Below are positions 1 to 10,148 of a stretch of 22,481 nt of DNA, piece after piece. The DNA is from Paramecium tetraurelia (Eukaryota): positions 124,001 to 146,481 of the forward strand of contig CT868066.1 in the NCBI GenBank assembly GCA_000165425.1. Direction: 5' to 3'. The notes beneath the pieces were generated by a model. It saw only the letters and a program-made list of their open reading frames with translations, was not told the DNA's origin and made no database searches. Position 1 is the stretch's first letter. The number at the start of each line of letters is the position of its first letter. A program made the position numbers and the translations under genes.

Positions 1-1758
1 AGTTTATACTTGAATTAGAATCTAAACTGTCTATTATAAGAAAGGTAGAAACACTTACTCTCCAACTGCCGAAGCTATTAAGGTGATTGTTTCAATAGCC
101 TAACCTTTCAACTATCTGTACTGTTTGGTTTGATGAGTTGAAAATATTTAGAATAACAATGGTAATAATTCATTCACGTAGGGGATAAAGAACAATTTAC
201 TTGATTCTGCTGTGGCTGCAATAACGCTAATGGCATTTTCTTTCTCAATAGAAATGCCTATGTTCAAAAATTTAATTGACAACTGAATTAAATTAGGTAA
301 ATAGGCCTCGATGCCTTTTTCAGTACCCTCCACAAAATTGGTAAGAGCAGCCAAAATATGGGAGTTTACTCTTGGCACATCTTCAAGAGTTAAACGGTTC
401 AAAAATTACGGCACTACAATGTGCAAATAAGATTCTTGGAACTTCGGTTTCATATCATCAGCAATCTATCCAATTGCATGACATACAGCATATCTAATCA
501 TTGAATTACTATCATTCAACATTGGCAATATCAATTCTATAGTTGATTTGATATCAGTAACTTAGTCTATGTATTCACCTACTTGAGATAAAGCCATTAT
601 AGCAGCATGTTTACATCTCCAATCTTAATGTCTTAACAACTCACTTACAATTGGATTTAATAAAGGTAACATTTCCTTTCTGCCTAATGATTCTATTAGT
701 CTATCTATACTCGACATTCCAAATCTTGTAGTCTCACAGTCTTCATCCTATTCTATATCATCGTTAAATCCTTCTGGAGGCTTCATCCATTCATCGGTGA
801 TTGTGGAACTTATTTGAATCATATGATAGAATATCATCTCAACTACTTACATTAAATAGATTTTTTCAAATTTAAACAATCCTGGAAATTTCTCAACCAT
901 ACTCAATAAAGTTTCAGTTCCTATTCGTTTAACACCATTGTCAATTTGGGATTCTCTGAACATGCAATATATACCATTAAAGAAGATATTGAACTGTTTT
1001 CTCAAAAACTTAGGTTTAGAATCCACTATGTTTGAGAACACTTCCATGATTCCCTCTCCTAAAGATTGATCTTATATTGTGATATCGAGTGCAGACTTCA
1101 TCATATTTGAGATCAAGTCTTAAAATATCTTATATTGAGCAGGCAATGCATATTTAACATAATTACCGAGAGCATGCATGGTAGACGATTTAATTTTAAT
1201 TTACGGACTGGCTAATCCTTAAACAAACAATGTATGAAGATCCTGGTAATGTTTATCGAATTGATCAATTGAATACATAAAGAGATTCCCAAGGATTTTG
1301 AATCCGCACTCTATTATATCATTATTTGGTGACAAAAACATCTGCCATAAGGTTGGTAGCAAATTATGCCATTCATTATGGCTGTCATCCTCGTACAAGG
1401 ATCCCCCTATTTCACCTATTGTATCGCACAATTAGTTTCTGACTATATGACTCATTTCCACTTCAATAAATTAGAAGAGATGCAACTTTACAGTTTCTTT
1501 GGTTTCTGATATCAATTAATTCCAAACATTCTTGTGACTCTTTGGAGCAAACTTGGACAGACTATATCGCAAGTAAACTGGAGCAAATTGTCTGATTTTT
1601 AATTCCTCGTGTCTACAAAGATTGAGCATTTGCATTACAAATTCATTTGGTTAAGCCTCTCTTAGTTAAGCCAACCGATCTTCCCCTTATTTTCTACTCT
1701 AATTATTTTGAGAGAATATCCCCTATATAATTTACTAAAGTTATTCTTGAAAATTCAT
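1..1758 (-). CDS. Importin-5/Kap121 (karyopherin beta-3)-like HEAT-repeat nuclear transport receptor; 3' part runs off the window
   Basis: ATG at 1758. In table 6 it reads MNFQEQLQQIIQGIFSQNNQSRKQGEDRLAQLREAQPNEF... The track ORFs 1219-1431, 847-1047 and 148-402 are all in this frame. Motifs include the acidic loop WMKPPEGFNDDIEQDEDCETTRFGMSSIDRL, DWRCKHAAIMAL, IRYAVCHAIGQIADD and VPRVNSH. Confidence 0.9.
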
Positions 1759-1778
1759 ATTAATAATTATATATATTT

Positions 1779-2526
1779 TCATTCTAACTCTTCCAAATAA
1801 TCCTTCACCTACGATGGAGGCAATATTCTAAACACATGGTCATCTCTTATCACTCCCACTTCGATATTCGTAGGGGTGATCTATCCTATTCAAGTTACTA
1901 TGTGACCTTTACCTTCAAATCCCTCTTTCAAAGTCAACAACGCTGTGTTTATGGCATCCTCAATCTCCATATCTGCATTGTATCTCTTCTCCAAAAAGGC
2001 CTTCGCATTCTTGGCTTGCTTTCCAATGGCAGTGGCCTTCCAACTATAATAGGCTCCACTTGGATCGAGTTAAACGAGATGAGGACCCTCCTCGTCGTAC
2101 CCTGCAATGAGAATGGAGACTCCAAATGGTCTAATACCTCCTCTTTGGGTTGCCACTTACACATCCTAATTTAGAATGCTTTTTATGTACTTCTGCTAAT
2201 TCTCTGCTCAATGTTTGTACGAATATTTCCTCCTGGTATTTGAGATCATACTTTTTCACCAATTTTCTTGCTTGTTATGACAGCACTCTAAAATCTGGAC
2301 CCAATCCTGCATAGGTGGCTGCAATATTATCTGTCAATAGGGAAACCTTTTGAACACTGGATTCTTCAACCAAAATTGATGATTGCTTCTTTTCAACCAC
2401 CAGAACAACACCATTTTTCGCTTTGATTCCTATGGCGGTGTCTCCCTTTGCCACAGCATTGAGAGCATATTCGATTTATAATAGTTTTCCTTTACTACTG
2501 AAAGTTGTCAATGCGAAATCTGTCAT
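1779..2526 (-). CDS. PSMA2: 20S proteasome subunit alpha type-2 (231 aa); introns 2166-2190 (25 nt) and 1886-1912 (27 nt)
   Basis: [25 protein letters not shown]...[11 protein letters not shown]...[17 protein letters not shown]...[18 protein letters not shown]...[17 protein letters not shown]...VKDYLEELE*. The spliced length of 696 nt is a multiple of 3. Confidence 0.96.
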
Positions 2527-2568
2527 ACCGGTGTTTATTAATTTAAATAATTTAATTAAAATAAATAT

Positions 2569-2643
2569 ATTTATGATGAAATCTCACTTGGCTAGTCATT
2601 TCGACGATGAGCCTTCAAAAAAGATTACAATTCTCTGATAAAT
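2569..2643 (+). ncRNA. Candidate box C/D snoRNA
   Basis: Perfect box C ATGATGA (2573-2579) and box D CTGA (2635-2638) span 66 nt. There is an internal C'-like ACGATGA (2604-2610) and a short terminal complementarity ATTTA/TAAAT. It is richer in GC than its flanks and lies in a 153-bp intergenic gap. Confidence 0.7.
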
Positions 2644-2679
2644 TGTTTATATAAGTGACTAATAAAGTATCATATCAAA

Positions 2680-3081
2680 TCAGCATGGCATTGGACTCCT
2701 TCTTTACAGATGCCTCCTTGACTTCTATATGTTAAACTAAAAGCGCATTAAATTGATTCTTGGTGTCTCCTTATCTATTCTTATTGTGTCTTATTCTAAC
2801 TGCCTAACGAATTTGGATGCCATCTCTTCAAAATTTTTCTACTCACTCGAACTGTAATTCAAATACGACGTCTTGCCCATCTTGACCACCTTAGGGAATT
2901 TGGCCTGGTCCAAAGTCGACATCATGTATGGCTATCGATCCATGTCGCTGAGCAGTTGAGGAAGATTGGTTGATCGAAATTGTTTTGTCGATGTTTGCTG
3001 CAATCTACTAACGGATTAACTAGTTATTTATTTAACATATTCTGCAAATGATTACTATTGACCTTTTTTGGACACTTGCAT
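2680..3081 (-). CDS. Hypothetical protein (133 aa), intronless
   Basis: ATG 3081 to TGA 2680 in table 6: MQVSKKGQQQSFAEYVKQITSQ...YMMSTLDQAKFPKVVKMGKTSYLNY...RRHLQRRSPMPC*. GC content is coding-like; no recognisable domain. Confidence 0.75.
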
Positions 3082-3094
3082 TATATATAATTAA

Positions 3095-6000
3095 ATGAAT
3101 TGTTATAAGAAAGAAATCACCAAAAATTGGTTGTATTAGGAAGATAAGTATATAGAAAATATAGTCGGTGCTTTCGAGGTCATAAAATTGCATGAAGAAA
3201 GATCAATATAAGTTGGAAATGCTCGTCAAAAGATTACAGAACAACTCCAAAAGTATATTGATGAAGATCCAGAAGATCTGCCTCCACATCAAGCTACTCA
3301 ACATGTTCTCTCACTCGATGAGTAACTTCTTGATTACCCATGTTACAAGAAAGGGGGCATCTTTGGATCGGTGACTCAAAGATAATGTCAATTATAAAAA
3401 ACCACTCTTGGATAATCTAAGAAAGGCAATGTGATTACAAAGACCTTTGGTGTCATCAAGACATTCAATATCTAACATGTTGAAGATGCCACTAAGGATT
3501 TCAAATGGGATGTCAGTTATCAAAAGTTCCTCGTAAGACTCATATTCAACTTTGTTAAACATGGTCCTGTGTGGATCTATTTCAAGGATGACGAGGAATG
3601 TCAAAAATTCTATGACTACTTCAAGTGCCATATGGCCATGGATAAGATACAAAAATTACCCACTATTATTCAAGAATCAATGTCACTCGTAAAAGAGAAT
3701 TATTTACTACAGTTTGCACAAAGATTGGAGACCTACTCCATTCATGTCATTTAACAAAGGAAGAAGGCTGCTAAGTTAGGCAAAGAAGAAGCCAAATTCT
3801 TGATGGAGATTGATGTCAAAATTATAAGGAATATATTATAGAAGAAGTGGTTAAACAAGAGTGTTTAATTCTTCAAAAGAGAAGAGAGAATGAACCAATT
3901 GGCTGATGAAGAGAGGAAGAAATTAGAATAAATAAGATAGGAAGATGAAAATAAAAAAATGAATTGGCGTTAATTTCTGGGATCCAAATCAGTACTCAAT
4001 GTTGAATTGGCTGAATGGTTAAGACCAATGATGGCAGATTGGCTAGAAAAAAGTGAAGAAATACAAAACACTAAAAAGGTTAGGGAATTAGTGTTCACCA
4101 TACTCATCAAATCAATTAATATTGCAGTCGACATCAATTTAATTAAACCAACCATATTTGTTGAATTATAATCAGTAGAATAGGATTCAAAATTAACTAT
4201 GGAGGCCTATTTAGGTTAACAAAAAACAGATCATTTTTATAATTGGTTATTGAGGGAATAAAACTTTGAGAATAAAATCATATCCAAATAATAGGATAGG
4301 AAACCATGCTCTTTCATTATTTCAAACATCAATAATCAAGATGTCTTTTAAATCTAATTTAAGGACATGGTCAATGCTTTCTATGATACAGCCACTATTC
4401 CTTTCAAAATTATTGTCAAAGAATTGCTTCAACAATCATAGCAAGGAAGATCCATGTGGATACCCTTAAAATTAGTCTAAACCAATTCATTGAAAACTGA
4501 ATCCAAGGAGGGCATAATTTATGTGGAAATTGATATTCATGTAAAACCATCAATCATGATGCATAATCCCTAATCTTACGAGGAGGAATTAGAATATATC
4601 GTTGAACATAGTCTTGCTTTTTCTGATCCCATTTATTTGAGCACCATACAAATTCCCAAAATGAATAAGGATATCATGAAATTCATTCTCATCACATTAG
4701 AAGAAAGCAACATTTGCATGAAATAGAGCATGCAAATGTTAAGCTATATCCTATTCTTATAATAAAAGAATCCAGAAACTCTGAATAAACAAATGCATTA
4801 ATTATAAATGGTTTTTATTCGAAAGGTTATATTGAATTTGTGTCACAATTTTGGATTAATGGAATAATAGATCAAACAATACGAGCTTGTCTCATATCGC
4901 TTAGAATCTATGAACTTCTACAATATCAAAAATCCCCAAGTACAAGAATTAGTTAATGGACTCTTTTTAATGGGAATTCCCTATTATCTAAGAAACAAAT
5001 TATGGTTTCAATTATTGTAGATATCCTTTGAACCCATGAAGACTATTTTGAGTTAAAACTACAAAGTAAGTCTTGATAGAGAGGATAGCATGAATGAAAG
5101 TGTTTCTCTCTATTTCAAATTATCTCAACTTAAACAAAATTTAAAAAAAACTCTCCTTTAATAGATTGACCTCTATTTGAGACAAGAAGACAGTCGAAAA
5201 GGATTTGGTAATGAGCAATTCTATTATCAATTAAAGAATCTTCTGATTTGTTTCTTGTTGTATCAAGGAAATTAAGGATTGATCCCAAACCATATGTATA
5301 TTCATCATCTATTCACTTTTGCCAAAAAGATGTTGGCCATGTAAATCTACTATCATGTCAGATACAATGATTACACTGAATTTGCTAATGAAACTAAATA
5401 GACTCCTTCTGAGTTCATTAACGAAAGCAGAGCCTTCTGGCTTTTAGTTGGCTTTCACAATTAGGTTCTGGCTGATTATCCATTATATGAGGACTAAACC
5501 TTATAAAACCGACTATTCCTTGAACAATGTGCTAAATTAAGAGTTTATCTCAACAAAAAGCATCCTGACCTATTTCACAAAATGTTCCTATATGGAATTG
5601 AAGTGGAGAACGAATTATTTGAATTGTTCTTCAATCTGTATTCTGATGTCCTGCCATCAGAAACTCTGTATAGAGCCTGGGATCTCATCATTTATTAGCA
5701 ATAGCAATCAATAAAAGCCACATCGGAAAGAGGAAATATCATTATTTCCATTACTGCAGCTTTGTTGTTACGAGTGCATAAGAAAATCAATAATATCTCA
5801 AACCACTTGGCGTTCTTGGCTGCAATTAAAGTAGAAGCAATGTTGATTAATGATGTCACCGAATTCTTTACAGAAGTACTATAAGTTCAGAAGGATTTGA
5901 ACTTAGCAGTCTAAATTGAATATCAGGAAGAAGGACCACCAAAATTGGAACCTTAAGTAGAATATAAAAGTATCTATATGTTTTAAGTATTCCCTAGTCA

Positions 6001-6098
6001 AGTCTGATTATAGAATTTTTGATGTCCTAGACGAAAAGTATCCCAAAGGTTCATAATAAATGCAAGTGTATTAGTATTTAAATTTTATTGATTTTTGA
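3095..6098 (+). CDS. TBC (Rab-GAP)-domain protein with N-terminal PH-like region, coiled coil and C2-like region; probable intron 5970-5997 (unspliced alternative stops at 6006)
   Basis: One table-6 frame from ATG 3095. TBC motifs: GIPYYLRNKLWFQLL, QQIDLYLR, LKNLLICFLLY, AFWLLV, HPDLFHKM, LFFNLYSDVLPSETLYRAWDLII. PH-like: YKKGGIFGSVTQR...WIYFKDDEECQKFYD. C2-like: WIPLK...GIIYVEI. Confidence 0.85.
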
Positions 6099-6187
6099 AA
6101 CTATACTAAAATTAAGAATTCAAAAAGATACTTTAATATTATTAGTGTCATAGTTTATATTTCAATCAACCAATAATAATATAACAT

Positions 6188-6260
6188 GGGCTTGTAGCAC
6201 AATTGGTAGTGCGCCTGACTACGGATCAGGCGGTTGCAGTTTCGAGTACTGCCAAGCTCG
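6188..6260 (+). tRNA. tRNA-Arg, anticodon ACG (ICG)
   Basis: 73-nt cloverleaf: GGGCTTG TA GCAC AATTGGTA GTGC G CCTGA CTACGGA TCAGG CGGTT GCAGT TTCGAGT ACTGC CAAGCTC G. Confidence 0.95.
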
Positions 6261-6262
6261 AA

Positions 6263-6269
6263 TTTTTTT
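6263..6269 (+). terminator. RNA polymerase III oligo-T terminator of the tRNA gene
   Basis: Run of 7 T two bases after the discriminator base. Confidence 0.7.
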
Positions 6270-6359
6270 ATTATATATACTGCCAAATTATATATATATA
6301 TATAGTATAACGAATATTTAAAATTAAAAAGAAGAATTTGAATAACTAATCTCTTTATT

Positions 6360-9001
6360 TCAACATTCAGCAATTATGTGAGTTATAAGAAGTGGTGTAC
6401 ATTTCTTCCTTTCTTCCAATGTCAAAAATGGCAATAGTTTTTCATAATTAGGACCATAGTTTTATTCAATCAAATCAAGACTCATCTTTCCTAACTAATA
6501 TGGAGTATAGTAAATATCTTACAGCCTTACGCAAAATGTCAATTGTCTTTTTCATCTTCTCTTAACCTAAGAATTTTTCAATTTTGATCAGAATTATGTT
6601 ACATTTACTTTAATCTTGCTTATTCAGCAATTCAAAACATTCTTCTTCTACCTCAGAGATGGGTTTGACAACCTATTTTTATTTATTAGCATTTTTATCA
6701 CAAGACTCATCTTCATCATCTTCTCTGTCTTCTATCTATGTCACTGGCAGGGCATTATAATCATAAATATTTTCTTTTCCATTTTAATGGGGTATCTTCT
6801 CTATTAAATTATTATCCCCTCCTATCTAAATAATTATAAATTATTATAATTACTAATCCTTATAACTCTTAAAGCATAAGATCTAAATCTTTATTTTTCT
6901 GTTAGACACATTGTAATAAATCATTTTTCGGCTTTATTTATACTCTTGAATCTCTTTATTATTTACCTCCAAATTAAGGAGATTTTTCTTGTGGTTTTGC
7001 TTCAACTTAGTATTAATTTTAATATTAATTATTTTCTAATGCCTTATCTTTTTGAATTCTTTATTTATCTTAGAGTTATTATTTTTCAAGCATCTTTTAT
7101 TTTTCAATCAACTCTCTTTCTTTTTCTTTCTCTCTTTCTCTTTCTTTCTCTTTTTTCTCCATATCTATTTTTCCCTATTATTATTGTTTCATTTTTAATT
7201 ATCTAATTCTTTCTTCTTGACGAAACTGATTATTATATCCTTAACCTTATTCATCCTAATATTTAACAGGAGGAGACTTATCAACACTAGTTGGTCTTTT
7301 TTTCTCTATAATTATTTTTTGAGGTTTTTTTTAATCAACTACTTACTACCTTGAACTTTAAGGCCTTTGGCTATTAGGCGGTGGAATTTTATCTTTCGGG
7401 GCAGTCGGAGGTCTTTTATTAAATTAATCAGTTGTACCTTGGTTATTCTGATGGTTTTTAGGGAACTTTAGGTGAAATAAATTATTCAACTTTTTATTCA
7501 TTCAATGCTTATTCACTATGTGAATGCTTCTTCTATTATTAACCATCAAATCGATTGGGTTCACTTTTTTATTATGCTTTATCCTAGTCACTTTTAGGTC
7601 GAGCCTGCTATTATAGTAATGGAGATTATTTTTTTTCGTCTGTTATTATTTCTTTTTACGAGTCCTTTTTTTAAATGACAGGAGAATTTTTAATAATTGG
7701 CTCTAATTTTTTTGGGATCTCTATCTACTTTGGAATCTCTATTTGTTTAGGAACTTCCCAAGAAATGGGCTTAGGCAATTCAGTAATTTTAGGAACTTCT
7801 TATTATTAATTTTATCTGGATGATGGAGGCTCTTATTGTCTAGAAGAAGGTTGCTTTGATAGTTAAGGAGGTTTTATTATGGCACTTGGGTCTTGCAGTT
7901 AAGGTTAGGGTTTCTTTACAATTTCTGGGAATTCTTAAAGGTTTTTTTAGTTCTATTCAAGGAGTTAAGGTGGGCAGGGTTTTTCATTTAAAATGAGATT
8001 GATTTGATCTAAATTTCCTTTGATTTCAAAATTCTAAGAGATAAATAATATGGAATTACTCTGTTATGGAGAACAGTATGAGAGAACTCTTATCTTTGAA
8101 TAGTTTCACTAAGAAAGCTTTTAATTCTATTTATTATGACAGGCATTTCTAGTTATTAGAATAATAGTTACTGAGAATATCTTGGATTGTGGGTCTTCTT
8201 CTATAATCAACTTGAAGTAACGTAGCAACCAATTATCGTAATTCTTTAGAATAATGATTGGGAATCGGCTTGTATTAACCCTTGACAATGTTCAAGGCGA
8301 GAAAGTGAAGAGATTCTGCTTTGAAGGGAGGTTGCAAAGCACATAGTTCATAGAGGATTACACCCAAAGACCAGATGTCAGTCATAAATGTGTAGGGTTT
8401 CCCTTCAATGATTTCAGGACTAATGTAATAGGGAGTTCCCACCATAGTTTTTGCTTTTTCAAAAGTTTTCTTCAGGATTCTTGCAATACCAAAATCTCCT
8501 AATTTGACTTATCCTGATTTTGTTAAGAAAATGTTTTAGCATTTTAAATCTCTGTGGATGATCTTCCTATCGTGAACATGTTTGATGGCCAAGCAAATCT
8601 AAGTAAACCAATCTAAAATTTGGGCTTCAGGTAAGTATTTCCCTTTGGCTTCTTTAACTTTCTAAGCCAAATCGCCCCCTGTTTTAAATTCTTAAATTTA
8701 CCATCTGCATACTCCATAACGATACACAAACGCCCTTTTTTTGTTCTATAGACTTCTTTAAATCTCACAATATTTGGATGCTGTAGGAATTCTAGTATTT
8801 TAGCTTCTCTCAAAGTTTCTTCTCTCTCTTAAGTTGACATGGCTGCCAAATCCATATATTTAGTCACCCACAGTGACCTAAAATTCTTAAGTATCTTTTC
8901 TACTTGTCTTGAATAAATTCAACTAAATAAGCCTTTCCAAAAGAACCCTCTCCAAGTAATTTGAGACGCTTATAGAGTTCAAATTCTGCTTGTTTTCTCA
9001 T
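6360..9001 (-). CDS. NIMA-related (NEK/Nrk) Ser/Thr kinase, 820 aa; introns 8878-8903, 8679-8701, 8149-8171, 8034-8059, 7413-7437, 6826-6853, 6495-6522
   Basis: LGEGSFGKAYL, EAKILEFLQHPNIV, LCIVMEYADGGDL, HRDLKCQNIFL, KLGDFGIARIL, VGTPYYISPE, post-kinase EFSHTVLH, then a P/Q-rich linker and charged coiled coil. The seven GT..AG introns total 179 nt and give a 2463-nt CDS. Confidence 0.93.
7112..7150. repeat. Approximately 18-bp tandem pyrimidine repeat inside the NEK gene, encoding an R/E/K-rich charged helix
   Basis: tctctttctttttctttc / tctctttctctttctttc. Confidence 0.5.
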
Positions 9002-9895
9002 TTTAAATAATTATTGTTAAAAATCAAATTCAATAATTCAACTTCTGCTCTTCTCACTCTTGCATTCAATTTATGCTGATTGTTTCCTAGTAATTTGATA
9101 AAGAATGGATCATGAGACTCTGAAACGTCAAAGAATTTAATTAATAGGGGTCTCAACATTTCGTAATCTGAATAGAACTTCTAAGAGTATACAGTATTGT
9201 CATCCAAACAGAATGGGACATTCAGATTTTTATGTTCAATGTATTAGTGCCATTTCACAATACTTTCAAGTGTGTTGAGTGATAATATTCTGAAATCATT
9301 AATGAGTTCTTTTAATTTTTCTTAATCCTTAAAAGAAGGTTGCTTCAATAGAGTCTAAATCTAAGTTAAACAATTCTCCCTAGCTGTTATGGTGAACATG
9401 CAATGTAATATTGGGGATAGCTTTTGATCCATCAATTTTAGTTCCTCCTCCAATATTGCTAATTTATCATCTGAGGATGCCAATACTTAGTTAAATACAT
9501 TCTGCTTATAAATCTACATAAATACTTAATGTATTTTCGGAACATTATACAATTTGTGAACTTGTCTCACTTATTCCAATTTGGTAGTGAATATTTTTTG
9601 TTCACACTCAATAAGGTTTTCTAGATCTTATTGATTCTTGTGCATTTGAATATATTTCTAGACAATTGAGGCTGTTCCACCATTTATTGACGGCAAAAAC
9701 TTTTTATTTGAATTGTCCCTCTGTACAACTCCTAAAATTTATTCACATGCAATTATCCTATTGTTCCACCCTCTTTCCTAAAACCCACTATTAAGGAGAA
9801 CTTACTCGTTAAGAAAATCGTTTTTAAAGAGAGGAAGACTTAACACTGTTTTTCTTAAGTTATTCCAAACTTTGAACTTTACTAATATTTTTCAT
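8998..9895 (-). CDS. Hypothetical protein (289 aa); intron 9778-9805 (28 nt); stop codon overlaps the NEK start
   Basis: MKNISKVQSLEQLKK...QR^ERGWNNRII...ITARENCLTQI...INDFRILSLNTLESIVKWHQYI...HDPFFIKL...RVRRAEVELLNLIFNNNYLK*. Spliced length is 870 nt. Confidence 0.85.
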
Positions 9896-10148
9896 TTTAT
9901 ATATATAAATTCAATATATATAATTTTTATCTTCATTTAACAATCCATTATTGAATATGTTATATTTGATAAGTGTGGCAGATTAAATATTAATAAATAC
10001 TTAATTAACATTTGTATCTTAAATTAAAAATAGAATTTCCTATTATATAATTTAATTCAATTGACAAAATATTTGTGTGCTTAATCAAAATAAAAAAGAG
10101 CTGTTTAGAAAGAAGAAACTAAATAATTTAATACAATTTAATCTGCCA

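Noticed and set aside
1836..2174. 112-aa plus-strand ORF and 71-aa minus ORF (1949-2164) in the track
   Set aside because: They are antisense and off-frame shadows of PSMA2.
2423..2638. 71-aa plus ORF, including a 21-codon ATG..TGA mini-ORF at 2573-2638
   Set aside because: It is mostly antisense to PSMA2, and its ATG and TGA coincide with boxes C and D, so the snoRNA is the better explanation.
6288..6305. (TA)n tract downstream of the tRNA
   Set aside because: It is an ordinary AT-rich intergenic microsatellite.
6616..7206. Phe/Leu-rich hydrophobic ORFs (also 10809-10994 and 13243-13500) resembling membrane peptides
   Set aside because: They are antisense translations of K/E/Q-rich coding sequence.
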